Assembly: GCA_903929765.1 (NCBI GenBank)
Contig: CAIYVX010000033.1
Coordinates: 5,037-69,036 of the forward strand
Length of the DNA: 64,000 bases
Source: an uncultured Planctomycetia bacterium
GTDB lineage: Bacteria > Planctomycetota > Phycisphaerae > FEN-1346 > JAACEH01
Direction: 5' to 3'
Position numbers and translations under genes: made by a program. Every line of letters starts with the position of its first letter. Position 1 is the stretch's first letter. Under the pieces are notes generated by a model. The model saw nothing but the letters and a program-made list of their open reading frames with translations. It made no database searches and was not told the DNA's origin. Shown in pieces: positions 30,440-39,302 of the stretch.

Positions 30440-30547
30440 GCGAATATCCAATACTCAATATCCAATATCCAATCATGAAGTCGGATTCCGAATCGGGAGT
30501 TTTTCACTTCATGATTGGATATTGAGTGTTGGATATTGGATATTCGC
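30440..30547. repeat. 108-bp AT-rich imperfect inverted repeat built from ATATCCAAT units
   Basis: Left arm 30440-30481 and right arm 30506-30547 are reverse complements at 37/42 positions, with a 24-nt loop. Lies between the AsmA-like gene stop and rex. Confidence 0.8.
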
Positions 30548-30585
30548 CGTTTCTCTTTCCTTTCGCCCGGAAATACCCGCAATTG

Positions 30586-31440
30586 TTACTTCTGCTGAGT
30601 GTTGTCCCCCGGTTTCTTGAACAATCCCTGCAGCCCGTTTCCCAACCCTCTGACCGCGTTGCCCACCGGGTTTCCCACCTGGTTCAGCAGGTCGCCGGCG
30701 CCTTTGCCCAACGAATTGACCGCATTGGAAATGTTGCCGGTCAGCGAGTTGGCGAAGTCCGGCGGAATGATTCCCTCGCCCTTCTTGACCACCGCCATCA
30801 GAATCGCCGGCACTAATTTTTTCATCAACTCCGGCATGGCCACGCCCGCCGCATTGTCCTGGCTCACGTTGTTGAGTACGATCTCCGGCACCGTGACGTC
30901 GAGCGTGGTGGCCTTGGCGCCGCCCAAGGGCAGCAGTTGCACGTGGGCCGTCACGTTCTTGACCAGAATCTGGTTCACCGCAATTTTTCTGCCGCTCGAT
31001 TCCTTGGCCGCTTCTTTCTTTTGCGCCTCCGTCCCGCCGCCGGCCGGGGGCGAGATGTTATCCATCATCACGCTGACGTTGCTTGTGCCTAAACCTTTCT
31101 GTTCGATGAAGACGTCCAGCCCTTCGATCACGAACTTCGACACTCGCACCGTACTCCCGGTCAGGCTGCCGATGTCCACGGTCACATCGATCTTTCCGCT
31201 TTTCATCAGGTGCGGCGTCGTGAAGTCCTTCGGGTTGGCGATGTTCAACCCGTTCAAAACGATTTCCCCGCCGAAGACATGCACCGACGCCAGGTTCAGC
31301 GACGTCGGGACTTTCAGGGCGTAGGTGCCGCCCTTTTCGACGCCGGTCTTCACCAGCACGTCCAGCGACAGCCACGCTACGGCGACCCCGACCAGCACCA
31401 GGATCACCAGAACCAGCAAAACTTTCAGCAGTTTTTTCAT
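30586..31440 (-). CDS. N-terminally anchored AsmA-like/DUF748-like protein (hypothetical)
   Basis: MKKLLKVLLVLVILVLVGVAVAW anchor followed by beta-rich repeats. The family call is tentative. Confidence 0.4.
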   Translation of the reverse strand: MKKLLKVLLVLVILVLVGVAVAWLSLDVLVKTGVEKGGTYALKVPTSLNLASVHVFGGEIVLNGLNIANPKDFTTPHLMKSGKIDVTVDIGSLTGSTVRVSKFVIEGLDVFIEQKGLGTSNVSVMMDNISPPAGGGTEAQKKEAAKESSGRKIAVNQILVKNVTAHVQLLPLGGAKATTLDVTVPEIVLNNVSQDNAAGVAMPELMKKLVPAILMAVVKKGEGIIPPDFANSLTGNISNAVNSLGKGAGDLLNQVGNPVGNAVRGLGNGLQGLFKKPGDNTQQK

Positions 31441-31536
31441 GGACGGCTCCTTTCCTTTGAGGGGGAATTTCCAATATGTGTTTTCAGTCTACCCCGTCCC
31501 TCGCCGCACCACAAGCCCTCACCTTTAACGAACAGG

Positions 31537-31611
31537 GTGGCATGGCTCACGCGGAGCGTGACCATGACCTTCACCAGTTCTCGTGGCCACGCAAGCGTGG
31601 ACCACGCCACC
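31537..31611. repeat. REP-like doublet (copies 5 and 6, head-to-head inverted)
   Basis: ggtggcatggctcacgcggagcgtgaccatg (31537-31567) and gtggccacgcaagcgtggaccacgccaccc (31583-31611, opposite orientation). Confidence 0.7.
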
Positions 31612-31730
31612 CGACCGTGCGAAAAATTCCGCTTCCCTCACACAAATTTGACTCGACAGGCATCGCTCGCTACAATGTCGCCGTGCCGCTCTAAGAACAT
31701 TCTCCTCCAGACCCCGAGGACCCGCCAGCC

Positions 31731-33455
31731 ATGGATGCCACCGACCTGCTGTTCAGCGTTCGCGATACCAGTGACGAGACCGAGTTCTACACGCCGGTGC
31801 CCGAGGGCTACACGACCGGTCGCGTCAAATACGTCGTCGTCATGGGCACGGTCATGAGCGGCCTGGGCAAGGGGATTTTCTCCTCCAGCCTGGCCCGCCT
31901 CTTGCAGGGCAAGGGCCTCCGCGTCGCCCCGATCAAGCTCGAAGGCTATCTCAACGTCGATTCCGGCACGCTCAACCCCTTCCGCCACGGCGAGGTCTTC
32001 GTCCTTGACGACGGCATGGAATGCGACATGGACCTGGGCACCTACGAACGCCTGCTCGACCAGGACCTGACGCGCGACAACTTCACCACCAGCGGCCAGA
32101 TTTATTCCGCCGTCCTGGAGCGCGAACGGCGCGGCGAATACCTGGGCCGCGACGTCCAGATGATTCCCCACGTCACGGCCGAGGTCAAGAACCGGCTGCG
32201 GACCCTGGCCGTCAAGAGCCGGGCCGACGTCGTCTTTGTCGAAATCGGCGGCACGGTCGGCGATTTCGAGAACGGGTATTACATCGAGGCCATGCGCCAA
32301 TTGGCCTACGAGGAAGGGCAGCAGAACGTCCTGTTCGTCGCCCTGACATTTATTTTGGAGCCGCCCACCCTGGGCGAGCAGAAGTCCAAGGCCGCCCAGC
32401 TTGGGATCAAGCAGGCCCTCCAGATGGGCATTCAGCCGCACATCATCGCCTGCCGCGCCCAGCGCGAAGTGACCGACAAGGTTCGCGAAAAAATTTCCGT
32501 CTACACCAACGTGCCCAAGGCCCGCGTCTTCAGTATGCACGATTGCGAAAGCATCTATCTGATTCCCTCGCGCATGCGCGAGGCCCAGCTCGACCAGCAG
32601 GTCATGCATCTGCTGAACCTGACCGACCGGGCCAACCCCGGCGTCGAGCGCCGCGACTGGGCCGCCTGGCAGCGTTTCGTCGACCGCATCCTGGCCCCCA
32701 AGCACGAAGTCACCGTCGGCATCACCGGCAAATACACCTCCGTCCGCGACAGCTACGCCAGCCTGCTGATGGCCCTGGAACATTCCGGCGGCGCGCTGGA
32801 GACCAAGGTCCATTCCAAGTGGATCGACACCACCAACATTACCGACGAGAACGTGGCCGAGGCCCTGGCCGATTGCGACGCCATCATCGTTCCCGGCGGG
32901 TTCGGCAGCCGCGGGGCCGAAGGCAAAATCTCCTGCATCCGCTACGCCCGCGAAAACAAAATGCCTTACCTCGGCCTCTGCTACGGTTTCCAGATGGCCG
33001 TGATTGAGTTCGCCCGCAACGTCTGCGGCCTGAAGGACGCCAACACCACCGAAGTGGCCCACGATTGCCGCGACGCCGTGATCGACATCCTCCCCGAACA
33101 GAAAAAAATCGAGGGCCTGGGCGGCAACATGCGCCTCGGCGGCCGCGACATCGAAGTCAAGCCCGGCACCCTGGCCGCCAAGCTCCTCGGCGGGGCCAAA
33201 ACGGTGCGCCTGCGCTTCCGCCACCGATACGAAGTCGATCCTAAATATCTCGAATGCCTCGAATCAAAGGGTCTGGTCTTCAGCGGCAAGGCTCCCGACC
33301 AGCCGATCATGCAGATTCTGGAACTGCCGGACCATCCGTTCTTCGTCGGCTTGCAGGCCCACCCGGAATTGACCAGCCGACCGCTGCGCCCCAGCCCGTT
33401 CTTCGTCGGCCTGGTTCAGGCCGCCCTGGCCCGCCGCGAAAGCAAAACCAAGTAG
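31731..33455 (+). CDS. pyrG: CTP synthase
   Basis: GGVVSGLGKG-type P-loop variant MGTVMSGLGKGI, the glutaminase region GLCYGFQ, and FRHRYEV. About 30-aa N-terminal extension. Confidence 0.95.
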   Translation: MDATDLLFSVRDTSDETEFYTPVPEGYTTGRVKYVVVMGTVMSGLGKGIFSSSLARLLQGKGLRVAPIKLEGYLNVDSGTLNPFRHGEVFVLDDGMECDMDLGTYERLLDQDLTRDNFTTSGQIYSAVLERERRGEYLGRDVQMIPHVTAEVKNRLRTLAVKSRADVVFVEIGGTVGDFENGYYIEAMRQLAYEEGQQNVLFVALTFILEPPTLGEQKSKAAQLGIKQALQMGIQPHIIACRAQREVTDKVREKISVYTNVPKARVFSMHDCESIYLIPSRMREAQLDQQVMHLLNLTDRANPGVERRDWAAWQRFVDRILAPKHEVTVGITGKYTSVRDSYASLLMALEHSGGALETKVHSKWIDTTNITDENVAEALADCDAIIVPGGFGSRGAEGKISCIRYARENKMPYLGLCYGFQMAVIEFARNVCGLKDANTTEVAHDCRDAVIDILPEQKKIEGLGGNMRLGGRDIEVKPGTLAAKLLGGAKTVRLRFRHRYEVDPKYLECLESKGLVFSGKAPDQPIMQILELPDHPFFVGLQAHPELTSRPLRPSPFFVGLVQAALARRESKTK

Positions 33456-33497
33456 GTCGGGCCCTGGCCCGACATTGATAAAGAGAGGCTCCAAATC

Positions 33498-34022
33498 ATG
33501 GCTGACGAAAAAAACAATTTACCGGGCGAGAAGAAGTTGCACATCGACGCGGGCTGGAAGGCCGAGGTGCAGGCCGAAAAGGAACGCCAGGAGCGCGAAG
33601 AGCGCGAGCGGCAGGCCGCCGAAAAATCCAACCAGCGCAAACGCGAGTCCGGCGTCATCGGCGGCGTCGATTTCGCCGGGGCCAAAGCCCCTGCGGCCCA
33701 AGCGGCGGAACCGGAGGGCGACGAGGAGCATGATCACGATCACGACGAGGAACACGGCCCGCGGGAAATGCCGCCCGCCAGTTTCGACATTCTGGTTCAG
33801 AGTCTGGCCTCGCAGGCCGTCATGCTGCTGACGCCGCGCCGCGACCCTCGTTCGGGCCGCGTCGTCCAAGATCTCGACCTGGCCAAGCACACCATCGACC
33901 TCCTGGCCGTCCTGGAGGAGAAGACCAAAGGCAACCTGACCGACGACGAAAAGAAGTTGCTCGGCACGGTTCTTTACCAGGTCCGCATGGCTTACGTTCA
34001 AGCGGTGCAGGCGACACTTTAA
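33498..34022 (+). CDS. DUF1844 domain-containing protein
   Basis: C-terminal FDILVQSLASQAVMLL...DLDLAKHTIDLLAVLEEKTKGNLTDDEKKLL, typical of DUF1844. Confidence 0.65.
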   Translation: MADEKNNLPGEKKLHIDAGWKAEVQAEKERQEREERERQAAEKSNQRKRESGVIGGVDFAGAKAPAAQAAEPEGDEEHDHDHDEEHGPREMPPASFDILVQSLASQAVMLLTPRRDPRSGRVVQDLDLAKHTIDLLAVLEEKTKGNLTDDEKKLLGTVLYQVRMAYVQAVQATL

Positions 34023-34120
34023 CCGGTTCCGGGGCTATTTCACTTTCGACCAAATTTGGTATTATGCGGCGAATTGACGGGGCGCGTTGCCCCAGGCACA
34101 GGGAAAAAGGAAGCGCAGCT

Positions 34121-35197
34121 ATGAAAAACGCTCTGGTGGTTTCGGCTTTGTTTCTGACAGTGGCGGCGGCTGGTTGCGGACCAACCCAGCCGTCCGGGTC
34201 GGCGCTGTCGGAAGAAGCGGCGGCCTTGCGACCGCTGCTTGCGGCCCGGAATTCTGCTGTGTCGGTTCAGCCCCCTTCGCGGACGGATCTTGCTGCACAA
34301 CGGGAGATGCTGGCGGCGCTGCGCTCTTCAGAAACCAGTTCACCGACCATTCTCGACGCACCGGATGCGGCGATTTCGACTGCCGTGGCGCCCGTGACGG
34401 CTGCCGACGTTCCGAGCGGCCAGTCTGCCCCGGCCCAGATCCGCTGGTGGCAGCAGCCGCAGGAAAGCGGCTGGTGGCAGAAACCACTGGCCGGCCGTTC
34501 CTTCTCCGAGGTCGTCAAAGATGACTTCAATAACTTTCCCCGCGAATTCATCAAGAGCGGCTCGGACTGCGTCAACTTTGAGGCCGGGCTGGTCCTGGCC
34601 GGCGCGGCCATTCTCTCCGGCGTCAGCCGCGCCAACTGGGACCATAACGTCGACAAATCAATGGTCTATGATCATAGTCAGAAGTCGAACTTTTTCAGCA
34701 AGTGCGACCACTGGGGCGACGACCTCGGCAACCCCGTCACCGGTTTCGGCGTGGCCATGATTTGTTACGGCTGGGGCGTGGAGACGAAGAACGACGAGCT
34801 TTACGGGTTTTCGAAATCGCTGATGCAGGCCCTGATTCTGAATGATCTGGCCACCGTCTCCCTGAAGCTGGCCACGCACGAATACAGCCCCAACCACGAT
34901 GATCGTTTCGACTGGCCGAGCGGGCACACCAGTTCCACGGCGGCCATGGCTGCGGTGGCCTGGGACTATTACGGGCCGGAGGTCGGCGTGCCGCTCTACC
35001 TGTTCAGCGGCTTCGTCGCTGTTTCGATGATGCACGAGCGGCAGCATTGGCTGGGCGACGTGATTTTCGGGGAGGTCATGGGCGCGGTCATCGGGCACAG
35101 CGTGGCCAGCAACCGGCAGTTGAAGGTCGGCGGGTTCGCCGTGCTGCCCTACTCGTCGGGCGACGGCGGTGGCGTGATGTTGGTCAAGGAATTTTAA
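34121..35197 (+). CDS. PAP2 superfamily phosphatase lipoprotein
   Basis: Lipobox LTVAAAGC. PAP2 motifs PSGHTS and RQHWLGDV. Confidence 0.7.
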   Translation: MKNALVVSALFLTVAAAGCGPTQPSGSALSEEAAALRPLLAARNSAVSVQPPSRTDLAAQREMLAALRSSETSSPTILDAPDAAISTAVAPVTAADVPSGQSAPAQIRWWQQPQESGWWQKPLAGRSFSEVVKDDFNNFPREFIKSGSDCVNFEAGLVLAGAAILSGVSRANWDHNVDKSMVYDHSQKSNFFSKCDHWGDDLGNPVTGFGVAMICYGWGVETKNDELYGFSKSLMQALILNDLATVSLKLATHEYSPNHDDRFDWPSGHTSSTAAMAAVAWDYYGPEVGVPLYLFSGFVAVSMMHERQHWLGDVIFGEVMGAVIGHSVASNRQLKVGGFAVLPYSSGDGGGVMLVKEF

Positions 35198-35262
35198 TTG
35201 GTGCGTGCCCCTCGACAGGCTTGGGGAAATCAAGCACGCACGGTACATTAAAGGAGAAGCTA

Positions 35263-35793
35263 ATGAGAGTTTTGATTCTGGTGTTGGCGCTGGTGATGGC
35301 CGGTAGCAGGGTCGAGGCGCAGGGCACCGTCGCGCCGGCGGCAGCTCCGGCCATGTCGCCGTCGTCGCTGATCAGCCCCGAATTTGAGAAGAGCGTGCAC
35401 AAGCTGCTCGAAGTTTCCCACGCCGCCGACATGAGTAAGGATGGCATCAGCCGCACCATCGCCCAGATCAAGAAGGCCATGCCGGACGTGCCCGAGGATT
35501 TCTGGACCCGGTTGGAGGCCAAACTCAATCTAGAGATCAACGACCTGCTTGCGCAACTGGTGCCGGTCTACGCCAATAACCTTAGCCCGGAGGACGTCAA
35601 GAGTCTGATCAGCTTCTACGAATCGCCGTTGGGTCAGCGGTTCATCGCGGCCCAGCCGAAAATCAACGGCGAGGCGGCCTTTGCGGCACAGGCCTGGGGC
35701 AAGGCGATCAGCGAGAAGATTATGAGTGAAATCAACGCGGAACAGGCCAGGTTGGCCCCCAAGTCGGCCGTCGCGCCGGCCCCGGCCAAATAG
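35263..35793 (+). CDS. DUF2059 domain-containing periplasmic protein
   Basis: Signal peptide. LSPEDVKSLISFYESPLGQRF is typical of DUF2059. AAGGAG before ATG 35263. Confidence 0.6.
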   Translation: MRVLILVLALVMAGSRVEAQGTVAPAAAPAMSPSSLISPEFEKSVHKLLEVSHAADMSKDGISRTIAQIKKAMPDVPEDFWTRLEAKLNLEINDLLAQLVPVYANNLSPEDVKSLISFYESPLGQRFIAAQPKINGEAAFAAQAWGKAISEKIMSEINAEQARLAPKSAVAPAPAK

Positions 35794-35885
35794 ATATTCG
35801 GGAATAGTTGCGTCGAGAGACGTGGTGAGATAAGAGCCTATCCGGCGGTCGTTCGGATAGGCTCTGATTTTTTGGACAGAGGAAG

Positions 35886-37400
35886 TTACTCGGCCAATCC
35901 TTCCTGGGCCTGGCCGGAGCGGCGCCGGGCGTCGAGTTCGGACCGGACGGTGGCCATGTACTCGGGCGTCAGCGGGATGAAGTAGGTGAGAACCAGCCCG
36001 ATGACGGAGCCGGCAATTAAGCAGGGGAAGCCGAGCCAGAGCATGTTGTGCAGGGTCTGGGACGTTTGGTGGTTTTGCAGTTCTTTGTCGAAGCCGGTTA
36101 AGGCGAGGATGAAGCCGCTGGCCAGGACCATGCCGGAGCGGAGCAGTTTGCCGAAGAAGGTGTTGACGGCGGAGAAGAGGGCTTCGCGCCGCTCACCGGA
36201 ATTGAGTTCGTCGATGTCGCAGATGTCGGGCATGAGGGAACTGCCGAACAGGCCGCCGATGGAGTTGATGGGAATGAAGAGTACGGCCCAGGCAAACCAG
36301 ATGTACTGGTTTCCGGGGCGGGCGATGAAGCAGAGGACGATGGCGTTGACGAGGCCCAGGGCGGCGCAGACGATCATGCCGCGGCGCTTGCCGAGGCGGC
36401 GTGTGATGCCTGCCGCCGTGGGCATGAGCAAGAAGGCGACGCCCAAGGCGATGATGCCGCTGATGCCGCCGCACAGGACGTTGTAGAAGTTGTAATCACC
36501 TTCGAAAACATAGAGTGAGCCGATCCAGAAGGCGACAGTACCCCAGATGCCAAGGAGGATGTTGTTGTTGACGCCAAAGAGCAGGACAATAATAAAGGCC
36601 TTGACGCGCAAGGTGGCCTTGAGGGCAGGCCAGACCTTGACGTGGGTCTTATTGGCCTTGACGAACCGCTCCTTGGTGCCGAAGAAGACGACCAGGCCGG
36701 AGGCCACGGCCAAGGCGGCCATGGCTATGGAAATGATGCGAATGCCGCGGATGGGGTTGCCGAAGCCCTCCCACATGGCCAGAGGCCAGAGCCAGCCGAG
36801 AATCTGGCCAGCCAGGTTACTATAGAAGTTCCAAATGGCGAAGACCTTGGTACGGATATTGTAATCGTCCGAGAGTTCGTAGCCCAGTGCGTTGCAGGTC
36901 ATTTCGTTGGTGCCGTAACAGATAAAGAGCAAGGTAATGCAGACGGTCAGCCAGGCGAACATGGCCGTCTGGCCCCAGTCGCGGGTGGCCCACCACTGGG
37001 CCAGCCAGGGCGGTCCGGCGGGGGCGTGGGTGACGAACCAGTTGCCCCAATCGGGCGACATCCACCAGATGCCCGTGATCAGAAAGGAACCGAGAATGGT
37101 GGAGCCGAGGATGAATGGGCGACGGCGGCCCCAGCGGGTGTGGGTGATATCGGAGAGGTGGCCGATCAGGGGGTCGATCAGGCCGTCGAGGAGTCGCGGC
37201 ACGCAGAAAGCGATGCCGATCAGGATGGGGCTGAGTTTGTACTCCATGGTCAGGAAGGCGCTCATGGCGATGGGGAAGTAGAGCATGAGGGAGCTGATGC
37301 TGGCCTGCCCCCAGCAGTGCATTTCGAGATTGCTGGCGGAATAGGGTTTGTGGGCGGGCGGGCCGGCCGCGGCGTCTGGGGAAACTTTGGTTTCAGTCAT
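35886..37400 (-). CDS. MFS transporter, glycoside-pentoside-hexuronide (GPH) symporter family
   Basis: DGLIDPLIGHLSDITHTRWGRRRPFILG GPH signature, about 12 TM segments. Confidence 0.8.
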   Translation of the reverse strand: MTETKVSPDAAAGPPAHKPYSASNLEMHCWGQASISSLMLYFPIAMSAFLTMEYKLSPILIGIAFCVPRLLDGLIDPLIGHLSDITHTRWGRRRPFILGSTILGSFLITGIWWMSPDWGNWFVTHAPAGPPWLAQWWATRDWGQTAMFAWLTVCITLLFICYGTNEMTCNALGYELSDDYNIRTKVFAIWNFYSNLAGQILGWLWPLAMWEGFGNPIRGIRIISIAMAALAVASGLVVFFGTKERFVKANKTHVKVWPALKATLRVKAFIIVLLFGVNNNILLGIWGTVAFWIGSLYVFEGDYNFYNVLCGGISGIIALGVAFLLMPTAAGITRRLGKRRGMIVCAALGLVNAIVLCFIARPGNQYIWFAWAVLFIPINSIGGLFGSSLMPDICDIDELNSGERREALFSAVNTFFGKLLRSGMVLASGFILALTGFDKELQNHQTSQTLHNMLWLGFPCLIAGSVIGLVLTYFIPLTPEYMATVRSELDARRRSGQAQEGLAE

Positions 37401-37535
37401 CGAGCGGTTCCTTCAGAACTCTCAGGACAGACTTGAAACGCCTTGGCGTCGCGGGCGTTTCGGCGAAAGTGGAAAAACTACTGCTCGGGATACGGCGTCG
37501 GTGAAAGTCAAGCAAGAACAAAGAGGACGACGGGT

Positions 37536-39053
37536 TTACTCGGCCAATCCTTCCTGGGCCTGGCCGGAGCGGCGCCGGGCTTCGAGTTCGGCGTGGACTT
37601 TGGCCATGTATTCGGGCGTCAGCGGCATGAAGCAGGCGATGACGAGTCCGACGGCGGAGCCGAGAATAAGGGCCGGGAAGCCGACCCAGATCATGGTGTG
37701 AAGGGTCTCGGGCAATTGATGGCTTTGGAGTTCTTTGTCGTAGCCGCACATAACGACGAGATAGCCGCTGAGCAGAACCATGCCGGAGCGGAGCAGCTTG
37801 CCGAAGAAAGTGTTGACGGCGGAGAAGAGGGCTTCGCGGCGCTCGCCGGATTGGAGTTCGTCGATGTCGCAGATGTCGGGCATGAGGGAACTGCCGAACA
37901 GGCCGCCGATGGAGTTGATGGGAATGAAGAGCGCGGCCCAGGCAAACCAGAGGTACTGGTACCCGGGACGGGCGATCAGGAAGAGGACGATAGCGTTGAG
38001 GAGGCTCAGGGCGTTGCAGAGGATGATCCCGCGGCGCTTGCCGATGTGGCGGGTGATGCGTGCTGCCGTGGGCATGAGGAGGAAGGAGACGACCAGGCTG
38101 ATGAGCGTCAGACCAACTCCGCACAGCCGGTTAAATTTGTCGTAATCCCCTTCGAAGACATATAGAGCGGCGATATAGAAGGCGACCGCATTCCAGATGC
38201 CGATGATGATATTGCCGCTGACGCCCATGAGGAGGATAACGACAAAGGCCTTGACGCGCAAGGTGGCCTTGATGGCGGGCCAGATTTTGACGTGGGTCTT
38301 GTTGGCCTTGGCGAACCGCTCCTTGGTGCCGAAAAAGACGATCAGGGCGGAGATGATGGCGATTGCGGCCATGCCCAGGGAAATGACGCGGATGCCGACG
38401 ATAGCGCTGGCAAAGAGCGCTAAGGCCAGGGGCCAGACAAAGGCAAGAGCTGTATTGCCCAGATTATACCAGAAGTTATAGATGGCGAAGACTTTGGTGC
38501 GGACGTTGTAGTCGTCGGAGAGTTCGTAGCCGAGGGCGTTGCAGGTCATTTCCAAGGTGCCGTAACAGGTGAATAACAGGGTAAGGCAGACGGCCAGCCA
38601 GGCGAACATGGCCGTCTGGCTCCAGTCGCGTGCGGCCCACCACTGGGCCAGCCAGGGCGGTCCGGCGGGGGCATGGACGACGAACCACTGGCCCCAGTCG
38701 GGCGACATCCACCAGATGGCGACGATCAAAAAGGAGCCGAGCAGGGAGGTGCCGAGGATGAACGGTCGGCGGCGGCCCCAGCGGGTGTGGGTGATGTCGG
38801 AGAGGTGGCCGATCATGGGATCGAGCAGGCCGTCGAAGATACGTGGGATGAAGAAGGCCCAGCCGATCAGGATTGGGCTGAACTTGTACTCTATGACCAG
38901 AAAGTTGGTCATGGCGATGGGGAAGTAGAGCATGACGTTGGCGATGCTGCTCTGCCCCCAGCAGTGCATTTCGAGATTGCCGGCGGAGTAGGGTTTGCGG
39001 GCAGGCGGGTCGGTGACGGCGCCGGTGGAATTAGGGACTTCAGCCATCAGCAT
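37536..39053 (-). CDS. MFS transporter, GPH family (tandem paralog)
   Basis: DGLLDPMIGHLSDITHTRWGRRRPFILG. Highly similar to 35886..37400. Start at ATG 39053 or 39047; the 668-aa track ORF is over-extended. Confidence 0.8.
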   Translation of the reverse strand: MLMAEVPNSTGAVTDPPARKPYSAGNLEMHCWGQSSIANVMLYFPIAMTNFLVIEYKFSPILIGWAFFIPRIFDGLLDPMIGHLSDITHTRWGRRRPFILGTSLLGSFLIVAIWWMSPDWGQWFVVHAPAGPPWLAQWWAARDWSQTAMFAWLAVCLTLLFTCYGTLEMTCNALGYELSDDYNVRTKVFAIYNFWYNLGNTALAFVWPLALALFASAIVGIRVISLGMAAIAIISALIVFFGTKERFAKANKTHVKIWPAIKATLRVKAFVVILLMGVSGNIIIGIWNAVAFYIAALYVFEGDYDKFNRLCGVGLTLISLVVSFLLMPTAARITRHIGKRRGIILCNALSLLNAIVLFLIARPGYQYLWFAWAALFIPINSIGGLFGSSLMPDICDIDELQSGERREALFSAVNTFFGKLLRSGMVLLSGYLVVMCGYDKELQSHQLPETLHTMIWVGFPALILGSAVGLVIACFMPLTPEYMAKVHAELEARRRSGQAQEGLAE

Positions 39054-39302
39054 CTCCCAGGGAGAGTAAACCCGGTCGCTCAAACCGAAAAATGTTGTCC
39101 GCGCAACCGCGTCACACGAGTCCGGCCAGGGCCAAGCGGAGCGTGAATATACAGCCGCGTCGCGCTGTCGGCAAGGACAAAGCTCCGGCCATTTTTCTGG
39201 GGCCCGGTTTTCCATTTGCCGGGGCGGTTGGTTTGTTGCTAGTCTACCGCATCTTTTGGCGTCGAGCGGGGTTAACCGGGCAGGAGCGGATAAGGAAGAC
39301 CG

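Noticed and set aside
30440-30547. Large inverted repeat considered as a Rex operator.
   Set aside because: No TTGTGAA...TTCACAA-type half sites are present; only a loose TTTTCAC in the loop. The size and modular ATATCCAAT structure do not fit a 16-20 bp operator.
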